Source of the DNA: Alphaproteobacteria bacterium
GTDB lineage: Bacteria; Pseudomonadota; Alphaproteobacteria; Rs-D84
Length of the DNA: 64,000 bases
Assembly (NCBI GenBank): GCA_017960855.1
Contig: JAGCYJ010000010.1
Span: 8,098 to 72,097, forward strand
Reading direction: 5' to 3'
Part shown: in pieces, positions 29,054 through 36,761 of the stretch
How the letters are laid out: the number at the start of each line of letters is the position of its first letter
Position numbering within the stretch: the first letter of the stretch is position 1
Notes under the pieces: model-generated
The model's input: the letters and a program-made list of their open reading frames with translations, nothing else
Database searches by the model: none
Told to the model about the DNA's origin: nothing
Position numbers and translations under genes: made by a program

Positions 29054-31288
29054 ATGACAAGGAAAAAACACGAAAATGCTTTTGTAGTTGATTGGAATCA
29101 ACGTAAAGTAGCATTTTGGACCACGAATGTAATTAATGCATATTTTAGTACGTATGGAAATGGGGACAAACCCCAAAAACGAAAAGAAAATAATGGCCAA
29201 AGGGGTGGTGGTACAAACACCTGTTATTTCTTGTTGAACGAGAAGGGCGGGCACATAGAACATGCGAAGGGATACCGTTATAACACGAAAACAGCATACC
29301 AAGCGAAAGTTTTAAACCGTTTAATGCGTATCGTTCTGGAATATCAACGTTATTACCAAATTCAGTATAACCTTCGTGATGAAATGGGGGATGATAAAAA
29401 AGAATCTTGGTGTTATAGCCAACTTCCATACCAACACGCCAAGAAAATTGTGGAATCAGCACGGGACTGGTGGATAAAAGCGGAATCGGATAAGAAAAGA
29501 TTTTATACACGAGACTGGGATGACACCGAAGAAAAACGCAACGAAATTGGTTTTGGTGTGTCTGAATTAGATGTCAGTAAAAAACAGGATATTAAACCAT
29601 GCTTTTTCTGCAAAGAATACAAAATAGTTGATGAAAATGGGCATCCGTTCTATGTGGTGGTGATGTTGGAAAAGGGTGATGAAAAAGACAAAGATGGCAA
29701 TGACCTGTGGTTTAATTATCGTGTAAAGTTTGTGGGGTCGGGTCAACCGTTAACAAAATTCGTTGCCCAGGTACCATTGTGCTATGACGCGGAAAAGGAA
29801 CGTTATCAACAAAAAAGCGAAGAATACAGAACAGCAAATAAAGATTATTACAATCGGTGGCGGGACGAGATTTGTGAACGATTTGTTGAAGACCGAGAAA
29901 CGTTTATAGATAAGTTTAAAACGCAGGATGTGGAAGTAGCCAGACACTGGATACCATGCAGCCATGTTAGAGACACTGATTGGTGTGATGATTACTACTA
30001 TATGAAATATAGATATTGTTATGAAAACAAATGTCATTTCTATAGGGGTTGGGATGTTAAAAAGGAGAAACATGATGGCCCAACGGCAATGAAGTTTTTT
30101 GCAAATGCCTTTGGTGACGCGGTGACGAAACTGGTGTCGGCGGGTCGTTTTACCTATGCAAACAAGGGTTTATTGCCGGATATTAGTGATGTAAATTTCA
30201 TCAAAGCATTCAATCATTTTTGTTGGTACGCATTTGATCGGTATCGTAGAAGATGGGGAATGGGTTTTTCAAAAGATAACAAAGTTGAATTTTGGAATTA
30301 TTATATCAATTATTTTGACCATACTGATGAATTTAAAAAAGCAGAAGAAAACATACAGGGTGCGATAAAAACGATAGAAGATTGGATAAACAATCCAAAT
30401 GTGTTTTCGTATGTGTATAGCGGTATACAGTATACCACTGAAATTGATAAAAAGGTGGTTGTTCCTGCGAAAGAAGATGAAGAAGAACCAGTTGAAGAAT
30501 CAGAAGACCTTAAAACTCGTATGGCGCATTTAAAAGAATGTCTTTTGAACAAACGCTTGCATATGGTTGAAAATCCGGCAATCTTGGTTGAATCTCCAAA
30601 AGAAACAACCAAGATTGTCAATGTGTGGGATGATCGTTGGGGTGATTGTGACAAAGAAGATAACTGGTGGACAACATATTCTTTTGTTGGTGCAGAGTAT
30701 ATAAAATCAGATAAACCAGGGAAACAAAGTATCGTCTATAAGTTCAAATGTGACGATGAAACGCACAGATATCCAGGAACAGAAGATTTGGCATATTCGG
30801 TACAATATGCAATGGAAATTTTATGGGAATTGCAATCTAAAACGAAGATCAAATGGGCCCCGGGTAGATTGTTTGATGAAGTCCCCAAGGAAGATGATTC
30901 TGAACAAGATAAAAAGCAAGGACAGAATAAGCGCAACATAAATGTTCTGCGTGTTAATGAAAATTATAACGGTGTGACAATATTGGATCCGAATAATATC
31001 AAGGAACCAATTACATGCGATCACTATGAAGTGCGCAAGGTTGACATGGATAATTATGTTTCATGGCAACCAACTGCGATTTTGTTATACACCGGAAGGA
31101 ACAAAGTGACCGGCATTATACATTGCGGTAACCCAGAACAAATAATACCACATATTGTCAGCCACAGCAAAATAAGACAAATGTTGGCGGACAGAAAAGC
31201 ATATACAGCGCTAAAACAATATAACACAGAAAGAAAACAAATTCAAAAATGGGTGGCGCAATCTGCCGAAGATGAATTCCCATTCTAG
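29054..31288 (+). CDS. Large orphan protein (744 aa), W/Y/D/K-rich, no signal peptide
   Basis: Long intact ORF. ATG at 29054 is preceded by AAGGA (the ORF-track GTG at 29012 is less likely). No recognisable catalytic motif. Confidence 0.6.
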   Translation: MTRKKHENAFVVDWNQRKVAFWTTNVINAYFSTYGNGDKPQKRKENNGQRGGGTNTCYFLLNEKGGHIEHAKGYRYNTKTAYQAKVLNRLMRIVLEYQRYYQIQYNLRDEMGDDKKESWCYSQLPYQHAKKIVESARDWWIKAESDKKRFYTRDWDDTEEKRNEIGFGVSELDVSKKQDIKPCFFCKEYKIVDENGHPFYVVVMLEKGDEKDKDGNDLWFNYRVKFVGSGQPLTKFVAQVPLCYDAEKERYQQKSEEYRTANKDYYNRWRDEICERFVEDRETFIDKFKTQDVEVARHWIPCSHVRDTDWCDDYYYMKYRYCYENKCHFYRGWDVKKEKHDGPTAMKFFANAFGDAVTKLVSAGRFTYANKGLLPDISDVNFIKAFNHFCWYAFDRYRRRWGMGFSKDNKVEFWNYYINYFDHTDEFKKAEENIQGAIKTIEDWINNPNVFSYVYSGIQYTTEIDKKVVVPAKEDEEEPVEESEDLKTRMAHLKECLLNKRLHMVENPAILVESPKETTKIVNVWDDRWGDCDKEDNWWTTYSFVGAEYIKSDKPGKQSIVYKFKCDDETHRYPGTEDLAYSVQYAMEILWELQSKTKIKWAPGRLFDEVPKEDDSEQDKKQGQNKRNINVLRVNENYNGVTILDPNNIKEPITCDHYEVRKVDMDNYVSWQPTAILLYTGRNKVTGIIHCGNPEQIIPHIVSHSKIRQMLADRKAYTALKQYNTERKQIQKWVAQSAEDEFPF

Positions 31289-31309
31289 AATAAACAAAGA
31301 GTATAAATA

Positions 31310-31612
31310 ATGATTAAACCCGATTTAACATTAAGTATGGATGACAAGATATATTTGGCGGTGTCAAAGACCGAAACAGACAAGTTAGTGTTTGTTTATA
31401 CGTTGGCATGCCTTAGAGATGGTGAAAAATCATCTACTTACAGCATGTTTCCAACGCGTGAAATTCATGTGTTTCGTAACAAAGATGCTGCAGATTTGTA
31501 TCATAAAACGATTGAACAAATTGTTGACTTTAATATGAATGACCAAGGACGCAGTGTATTCATTGAAACAAACAACGATTTAATAGAACGTTTCCTGGAA
31601 AACGGCAGATAA
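31310..31612 (+). CDS. Small orphan protein (100 aa)
   Basis: ORF 21 nt downstream of the previous stop, co-oriented, with AGAG upstream. Confidence 0.5.
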   Translation: MIKPDLTLSMDDKIYLAVSKTETDKLVFVYTLACLRDGEKSSTYSMFPTREIHVFRNKDAADLYHKTIEQIVDFNMNDQGRSVFIETNNDLIERFLENGR

Positions 31613-31633
31613 AAAAAGAAAAGGAAGGAAAAA

Positions 31634-31942
31634 ATGAAAAGAGAACGCGTTGAAAAAAAACCTGTAAAGAAAGTCATTTCTTACTATGTGTTGCCACATG
31701 GTGAATCACAATATCAGGTTTGTACTACATACATATGGTACCAAGGAAACGCAATCAATGATATAAAACGCAAGTTCTTTGAAAGCATAATATGTGATGA
31801 TGAAAAATTGGAAAAACTGAGGAAACGTTTTGATAGGTCAGCCGCATTTGTTGAAAAAAGATTGGCTGTTGAATTTCGTCAAATTGGTGCAGGTGAAATC
31901 GCGACCGAAACAACAATAGCTCATCTTATGCATCAACGTTAA
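31634..31942 (+). CDS. Small orphan protein (102 aa)
   Basis: ORF with a strong AAGGAAGGA RBS upstream. Confidence 0.5.
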   Translation: MKRERVEKKPVKKVISYYVLPHGESQYQVCTTYIWYQGNAINDIKRKFFESIICDDEKLEKLRKRFDRSAAFVEKRLAVEFRQIGAGEIATETTIAHLMHQR

Positions 31943-32002
31943 GTTTAGTTGTTGAAATAATTTTTTAAAATCGCTACGCTTGAAAATATAAAGGGGGACA
32001 AG

Positions 32003-32980
32003 ATGGCGAAAAAGAAACAAGAAGTAGAAGTCATTGATATGGGCGGTGCTAAAACCGTTGCTAAAAAGAAATCCTTTGTGACGCGGGTCAAAATTATATT
32101 CGCAATATTCTCGGTCTTGTGGCTTGCTTTTGCGGCGTGGTATCCGTTGTACATACGTGATAAATATGCCACTTCGCTTAAACAATCAACGGTTGTTGCG
32201 ATATTCTATGACATGCAACAGAATATTGCCAAGCAATATGAAAAGATGTTGCAGGGGATTAAGAAACAAATAAACCTTGAAAAACCAATTGGCCAAGTTA
32301 TTGACAAGGTGAAAATGGCCGAAGGTGCGGTGAATAAAGTGACCGACACAACGGCCAAGGCAACCGAAGCCACCAATAAAGCCAAAGACACAACATCAGG
32401 TGTCAAGGCATTAAGTGGTATTGCTGGCAAATTTGGAATCAATACATCCGGCGTTGATAAAGCGGTGGACAGTGTTGATAACACAATCGGCAAAGCAGAC
32501 AAAGCAATTGCCAAGGTTGATGATACAGCCGCATTGGTAAATCAAAAATTGACCAGTGTTGAAAACGAATTGACCAAGGTTGCCAAGACCGAAGTTGATA
32601 AAGTTATCGACGAAGCAATTAAAAACAATGTTGATCCAGCTGTAGCGATGTTGCTGACAAAATACGATGTAAAACATGTTTATCCATGGGAACCATCAAC
32701 ATGGCCAACCGCACGCAAGATTTATGCCGACCTGGTTGCATCGGATATCGGTTTTGTACAAACCATTATCAAAACAGTGAACAAATATTTCAGTTATGTT
32801 ATGTGGGTATATTTGATTGCCATGTGGGGAATCGGATTATATATCTGGCTGACTGTGCGGAAATATGTGATGGGTGTTATTGCGCCGTTTATCGTGTGCC
32901 CACGCTGTGGTCATACCTTTGCGGACAAACGTACAGCAATAAGTTTCTTGAAACTGTTGCAGCCATGGAAATGGATATAA
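32003..32980 (+). CDS. Membrane protein with a K/T/A-rich helical repeat region and a C-terminal CPRCGH zinc-ribbon-like motif
   Basis: AAGGGGGA RBS. TM near aa 40-60 and 260-300. Low-complexity segment KVTDTTAKATEATNKAKDTT. Confidence 0.55.
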   Translation: MAKKKQEVEVIDMGGAKTVAKKKSFVTRVKIIFAIFSVLWLAFAAWYPLYIRDKYATSLKQSTVVAIFYDMQQNIAKQYEKMLQGIKKQINLEKPIGQVIDKVKMAEGAVNKVTDTTAKATEATNKAKDTTSGVKALSGIAGKFGINTSGVDKAVDSVDNTIGKADKAIAKVDDTAALVNQKLTSVENELTKVAKTEVDKVIDEAIKNNVDPAVAMLLTKYDVKHVYPWEPSTWPTARKIYADLVASDIGFVQTIIKTVNKYFSYVMWVYLIAMWGIGLYIWLTVRKYVMGVIAPFIVCPRCGHTFADKRTAISFLKLLQPWKWI

Positions 32981-33072
32981 TGTCCAAGTTATACGAACCG
33001 CCGGCTTGGCGGTTCTTTTTTGTAAAAAATACTTGCAAAGTCAAAAAACTTATGTCAGAATAGCCCCACAGT

Positions 33073-33149
33073 GCGAGCGTAGCTCAGTTGGCTAGAGCGC
33101 AACCTTGCCAAGGTTGAGGTCGAGGGTTCGAGCCCCTTTGCTCGCACCA
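33073..33149 (+). tRNA. tRNA-Gly (anticodon GCC)
   Basis: GCGAGCGTAGCTCAGTTGGCTAGAGCGCAACCTTGCCAAGGTTGAGGTCGAGGGTTCGAGCCCCTTTGCTCGCACCA folds as a cloverleaf with a CCTTGCCAAGG anticodon arm, as in bacterial tRNA-Gly(GCC). Confidence 0.92.
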
Positions 33150-33160
33150 AAAATTTTAAA

Positions 33161-33187
33161 AACCATCCGAGAGGGTGGTTTTTTGAT
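33161..33187 (+). terminator. Intrinsic terminator after tRNA-Gly
   Basis: aaccatcc-gaga-gggtggtt followed by T6. Confidence 0.55.
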
Positions 33188-33239
33188 TTTTACGGCAAAG
33201 GGGCGAGTTGCGAGGCGAGGCGGTTTAATCGCCGAAGTA

Positions 33240-33268
33240 CTTTGCTCGCACCAAGAATTTAAAAACAC
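33240..33268 (+). repeat. Direct duplicate of the tRNA-Gly 3' end plus flank (att-like scar)
   Basis: CTTTGCTCGCACCAA at 33240-33254 repeats 33136-33150 exactly. The following gaatttaaaaaca resembles aaattttaaaaacca after the tRNA. Confidence 0.6.
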
Positions 33269-33287
33269 CCGTTTGGGTGTTTTTTAT
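33265..33287 (+). terminator. Intrinsic terminator
   Basis: acaccc-gttt-gggtgt followed by T6. Confidence 0.5.
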
Positions 33288-33341
33288 TTGTAAAATGTCG
33301 TTTTTTATGTCTATAATCTATCTCGTGAAAAGGAGTGTGTC

Positions 33342-34451
33342 GTGACGCAAATATTGTCGGAAACCTACCTGGATTATTCGGATATTCTGATAAGACCTAA
33401 AATGGGAACCAATTTGAATTCTCGTAAAGAAGTCATTTTGGAACGCACTTTTAAATTCAAGCATGGTCAAATCAGAAATGGTTTGGGCGTTTTTAATGCC
33501 AATATGGCGACGGTTGGAAACTTCGTTATTGCCAAGAAATTGCTGGCACGCGGTATGTTTGCGACAATTCATAAACACTATACGATGGATGAAATAGGGC
33601 AGTTTATGCTGGATGCCCGCGGGGAAAATGTGCCACTGGATAATTTGTTCATTACAATCGGACTGAAAAACATAGATGATGAAATAAAAAAACTGAAAGA
33701 TTTGGAATCAAAATACCAATGGACATCGCCACGTAATATCTGCATAGATGCGCCGAATTTTTATATACCAAAGGCACTTGATATTTTGGCGCGTGTGCGG
33801 CATGAATTTCCCGATGCGGTAATTATGGCTGGAAATATCGCCAGTGGTGACGTGTGCCTTAAATTGCTGGATTACGCAGATATTATCAAGTGCGGTATCG
33901 GCAGTGGTTCCGCATGTTTAACACGCAAACAGACGGGGTGTGGAACACCAATGGTTTCACTGATTGTGGAATGTGCCGATATTGCACATTCGGTTGGTGG
34001 TCATATCTGTGCAGATGGCGGAATTGTTGATGTTGGCGATATATGCAAAGCACTGTGTTTGAATTCAGATATGGTTATGATTGGGGGAATGTTTGCTGGC
34101 ACCGATGAAGCCGCCGGTGAAGTGATAGAAAAGCATTACGAAACGAATGAAATTGTCGACGGCAAACATGTGATTCTGACAAAGTATTTCAAGCAATACT
34201 ATGGCATGTCGTCTGAATACGCGAACAATAAATTTGCGGGCGGTATGGGAAATTATAAAACGTCCGAAGGGCGCGAATTACTGATACCTTACACCGGTTC
34301 ACTGGACAAGATTTTGCAGGATATTTCCGGTGGAATCGCGTCTTGCTGCACATATATCGGTGCGACCACGATAAAGCATTTGTCCAAATGCGCGACGATT
34401 ATTCGTGTGAATAATCAACTGAATAAAGTGTTTGAAAAATATTCTGTATAA
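33342..34451 (+). CDS. guaC: GMP reductase (IMPDH/GMPR family)
   Basis: GTG start after AAGGAG. LDYSDILIRPK...S.R.EV.LER.F.FKH and the catalytic loop GIGSGSACLTR resemble GuaC. Confidence 0.8.
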   Translation: MTQILSETYLDYSDILIRPKMGTNLNSRKEVILERTFKFKHGQIRNGLGVFNANMATVGNFVIAKKLLARGMFATIHKHYTMDEIGQFMLDARGENVPLDNLFITIGLKNIDDEIKKLKDLESKYQWTSPRNICIDAPNFYIPKALDILARVRHEFPDAVIMAGNIASGDVCLKLLDYADIIKCGIGSGSACLTRKQTGCGTPMVSLIVECADIAHSVGGHICADGGIVDVGDICKALCLNSDMVMIGGMFAGTDEAAGEVIEKHYETNEIVDGKHVILTKYFKQYYGMSSEYANNKFAGGMGNYKTSEGRELLIPYTGSLDKILQDISGGIASCCTYIGATTIKHLSKCATIIRVNNQLNKVFEKYSV

Positions 34452-34614
34452 CAACACCTATTTGAGTGTTTTTTTATCCTTTTTTATCAAAAGGGCTTGT
34501 GTTGTTCCCCTGTTTTTTTGTATAATTATCATCATAACAAGGGAGGAAAATGCTAAAACGCACATCCGGTTTATATTATGGATGCGGCGGTTTTTGGCGT
34601 ATTACACGGAAATA

Positions 34615-36666
34615 ATGCGGCGATTTTTTAGTGCGATTTTAGTGCTGGTGTTAAGCGCGCGCTTTGGCGTGGCGTGGGCTGTTGACACTTGCACTGGCAC
34701 TGACTTTTATGATGATGAATTAGAGGCGTGTACCCCATGCCCAAATGGATATGATTATAATGATGATGATGGTAAAACCGATGTTTCCCAGTGCCAAATA
34801 CAATGTGCCGCCGGAACTTACATTCGCGATGCGGGGGTTTATGGATATATACGATTGGAATATTTGGAAAGCAATGGGGATGCATACATAAATACTGGAT
34901 TCAAACATAACCCCGCGGCTGGTACAATTCGTGGTGAAATTCGTGTCGGTGCGTCACATGATATGCCATCAAATAAAAATATAAATATTTTGGGGAACCA
35001 GACGGGCTCTGCCGGATATTCAGTTGGGTGGGCAGAAAACCAGTTTAAAGTATGGGTTGAAACAACTCATGCTCGTCTGCGGGGGCCTGATCACCCGCTT
35101 GTCCAAGATGGGGTATATGATATTTCATACGAATTTAAGAATGGTGAACAATATTTGACTGACGGAGAAGAAACAGTTCACATGCCGCATGGTGGGGGAC
35201 TCGCGCCAGACAAGCCAATATACTTGTTTGATAATGGTATTCAAGAAATGGATTATAATTTCGTTGGGCGTATATATTGGGTGCGAATATACGAAGATGA
35301 TGTGTTGGTAGCGAATTTCTTGCCGGTGCGTAAAATTGGTACTGATGATGTTGGAATATATGATACAGTGTCTGGAAAATTCTTTGTTGATAGTGGTAAT
35401 GGGAATGGTTTTATATCTGGTAATGATTTAAGTGCTGTTTGCGTTGATGTGGGGGCCGGTTACTATGTCGGCAGTTCGGTTACCAATTTCGGCAGTGAAG
35501 GCGAACGCGAAGCATGCGGCCCCGGAACATATTCTAACAATCCGCGCGCCACCAGTATCGCCACATGTCAACCATGCCCAGGGGCAACATACAACGATGT
35601 GGAAGGTGCGGCGGCGTGTACCCCATGTCCCGAAGGATATACACAGGATACAACAACGACTGGAAACACACAAAAAAGCGATTGCAAAACCGTTTGTCCG
35701 GCGGGAACTTACATGGCGGCCAATATGATTGATGGGCACACCAAATTGGAATATATTGAAACAACCGGAAAACAGTGGGTAAATACGGGGATTATAGCGG
35801 CAAATCTGGTGAATCCAATTATGGAATTTACGGTGCAATATACCAAGGTGGAAAATGGTAAGCAGACCGGTGCCAAGAAAAATAATCTGGATTTTAAGGT
35901 TGGTATTTCCAATGGTGGAATATTCTTGTGTCAGGCCGGTGGTGCCAACACAGAAACAAGATTTGGTACCGCTGATACCGCGAAACATACGTTTATACTG
36001 GATACAGTGGCGGGTACATGTTCCCTGGACGATGATACCAGAACATTGGCTGTTGGCGATTTAACGAATGGTCCTATTTCAATTGGAACGGTGAATAGTC
36101 AATCTGGTAATGCCGGAAAACAAAGAATATATTCTTATCGTTTGATTAGCAATGGGCAAACACTGTTGGACATGGTTCCCGTACGCAACAGCAGCAATGT
36201 CGCCGGTTTGTATGACAAGATCGGACACAGATTTTACCCCAGCAATGGCACAGAACCATTTGTTGAAGGTTCGCTGTTCACTAGTTCTTCTGGGTGTATA
36301 GATGTTGAACCTGGGTATTGGTCGCCCGAAACATATCTGGGGTATGGGCAAACAAATGAACGTAATCAGTGTCCGATTGGAACAACGACGGTTGGTTATG
36401 GTCATGGCGCAGACGAGGCCACCGATTGCGGACAAAAATTAAACATTGCCGGCACATACATATATTCTAAATCAAGTAAACCAACGACACCGTCACTTAA
36501 CATTATGATGGATAGTGGTACAACTTTCTATATCGGTGCCAGTTCTACAAATCATACATTGTCAAAATTGCATTTATCAGATGGTACAACACAATACACG
36601 GCTTATGACGATAGCTTGCTGTTCGGTGAACGCGATTTTACGACTGGCGCACGTATAACGCAGTAA
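34615..36666 (+). CDS. Secreted Cys-rich protein with two LamG/jelly-roll-like modules and the family terminal module
   Basis: Signal peptide MRRFFSAILVLVLSARFGVAWA begins at 34615; the ORF-track start 34432 adds 61 residues with no signal. Modules lie at about 34843-35421 and 35740-36270. The C-terminus ...TVGYGHGADEATDCG..LNI...LHLSDGTTQYTAYDD is shared with 36762..40814. Confidence 0.8.
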   Translation: MRRFFSAILVLVLSARFGVAWAVDTCTGTDFYDDELEACTPCPNGYDYNDDDGKTDVSQCQIQCAAGTYIRDAGVYGYIRLEYLESNGDAYINTGFKHNPAAGTIRGEIRVGASHDMPSNKNINILGNQTGSAGYSVGWAENQFKVWVETTHARLRGPDHPLVQDGVYDISYEFKNGEQYLTDGEETVHMPHGGGLAPDKPIYLFDNGIQEMDYNFVGRIYWVRIYEDDVLVANFLPVRKIGTDDVGIYDTVSGKFFVDSGNGNGFISGNDLSAVCVDVGAGYYVGSSVTNFGSEGEREACGPGTYSNNPRATSIATCQPCPGATYNDVEGAAACTPCPEGYTQDTTTTGNTQKSDCKTVCPAGTYMAANMIDGHTKLEYIETTGKQWVNTGIIAANLVNPIMEFTVQYTKVENGKQTGAKKNNLDFKVGISNGGIFLCQAGGANTETRFGTADTAKHTFILDTVAGTCSLDDDTRTLAVGDLTNGPISIGTVNSQSGNAGKQRIYSYRLISNGQTLLDMVPVRNSSNVAGLYDKIGHRFYPSNGTEPFVEGSLFTSSSGCIDVEPGYWSPETYLGYGQTNERNQCPIGTTTVGYGHGADEATDCGQKLNIAGTYIYSKSSKPTTPSLNIMMDSGTTFYIGASSTNHTLSKLHLSDGTTQYTAYDDSLLFGERDFTTGARITQ

Positions 36667-36761
36667 TTTTTTCATAATTTAAACAAAAATACCCTTGCAC
36701 GCACGCGCGTATTTTTAGTACGATTTTACTGAGAATATATGGAAAGGGGGTTGGTCCACAC

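Noticed and set aside
33105-33293. Small ORFs overlapping tRNA genes or their flanks: 33105..33293, 58871..59170, 58909..59160, 17300..17566 and 17121..17363.
   Set aside because: They overlap well-folded tRNA genes, terminators and att-like debris. Their translations are arginine-rich or low-complexity, as expected for non-coding GC-rich structured DNA.
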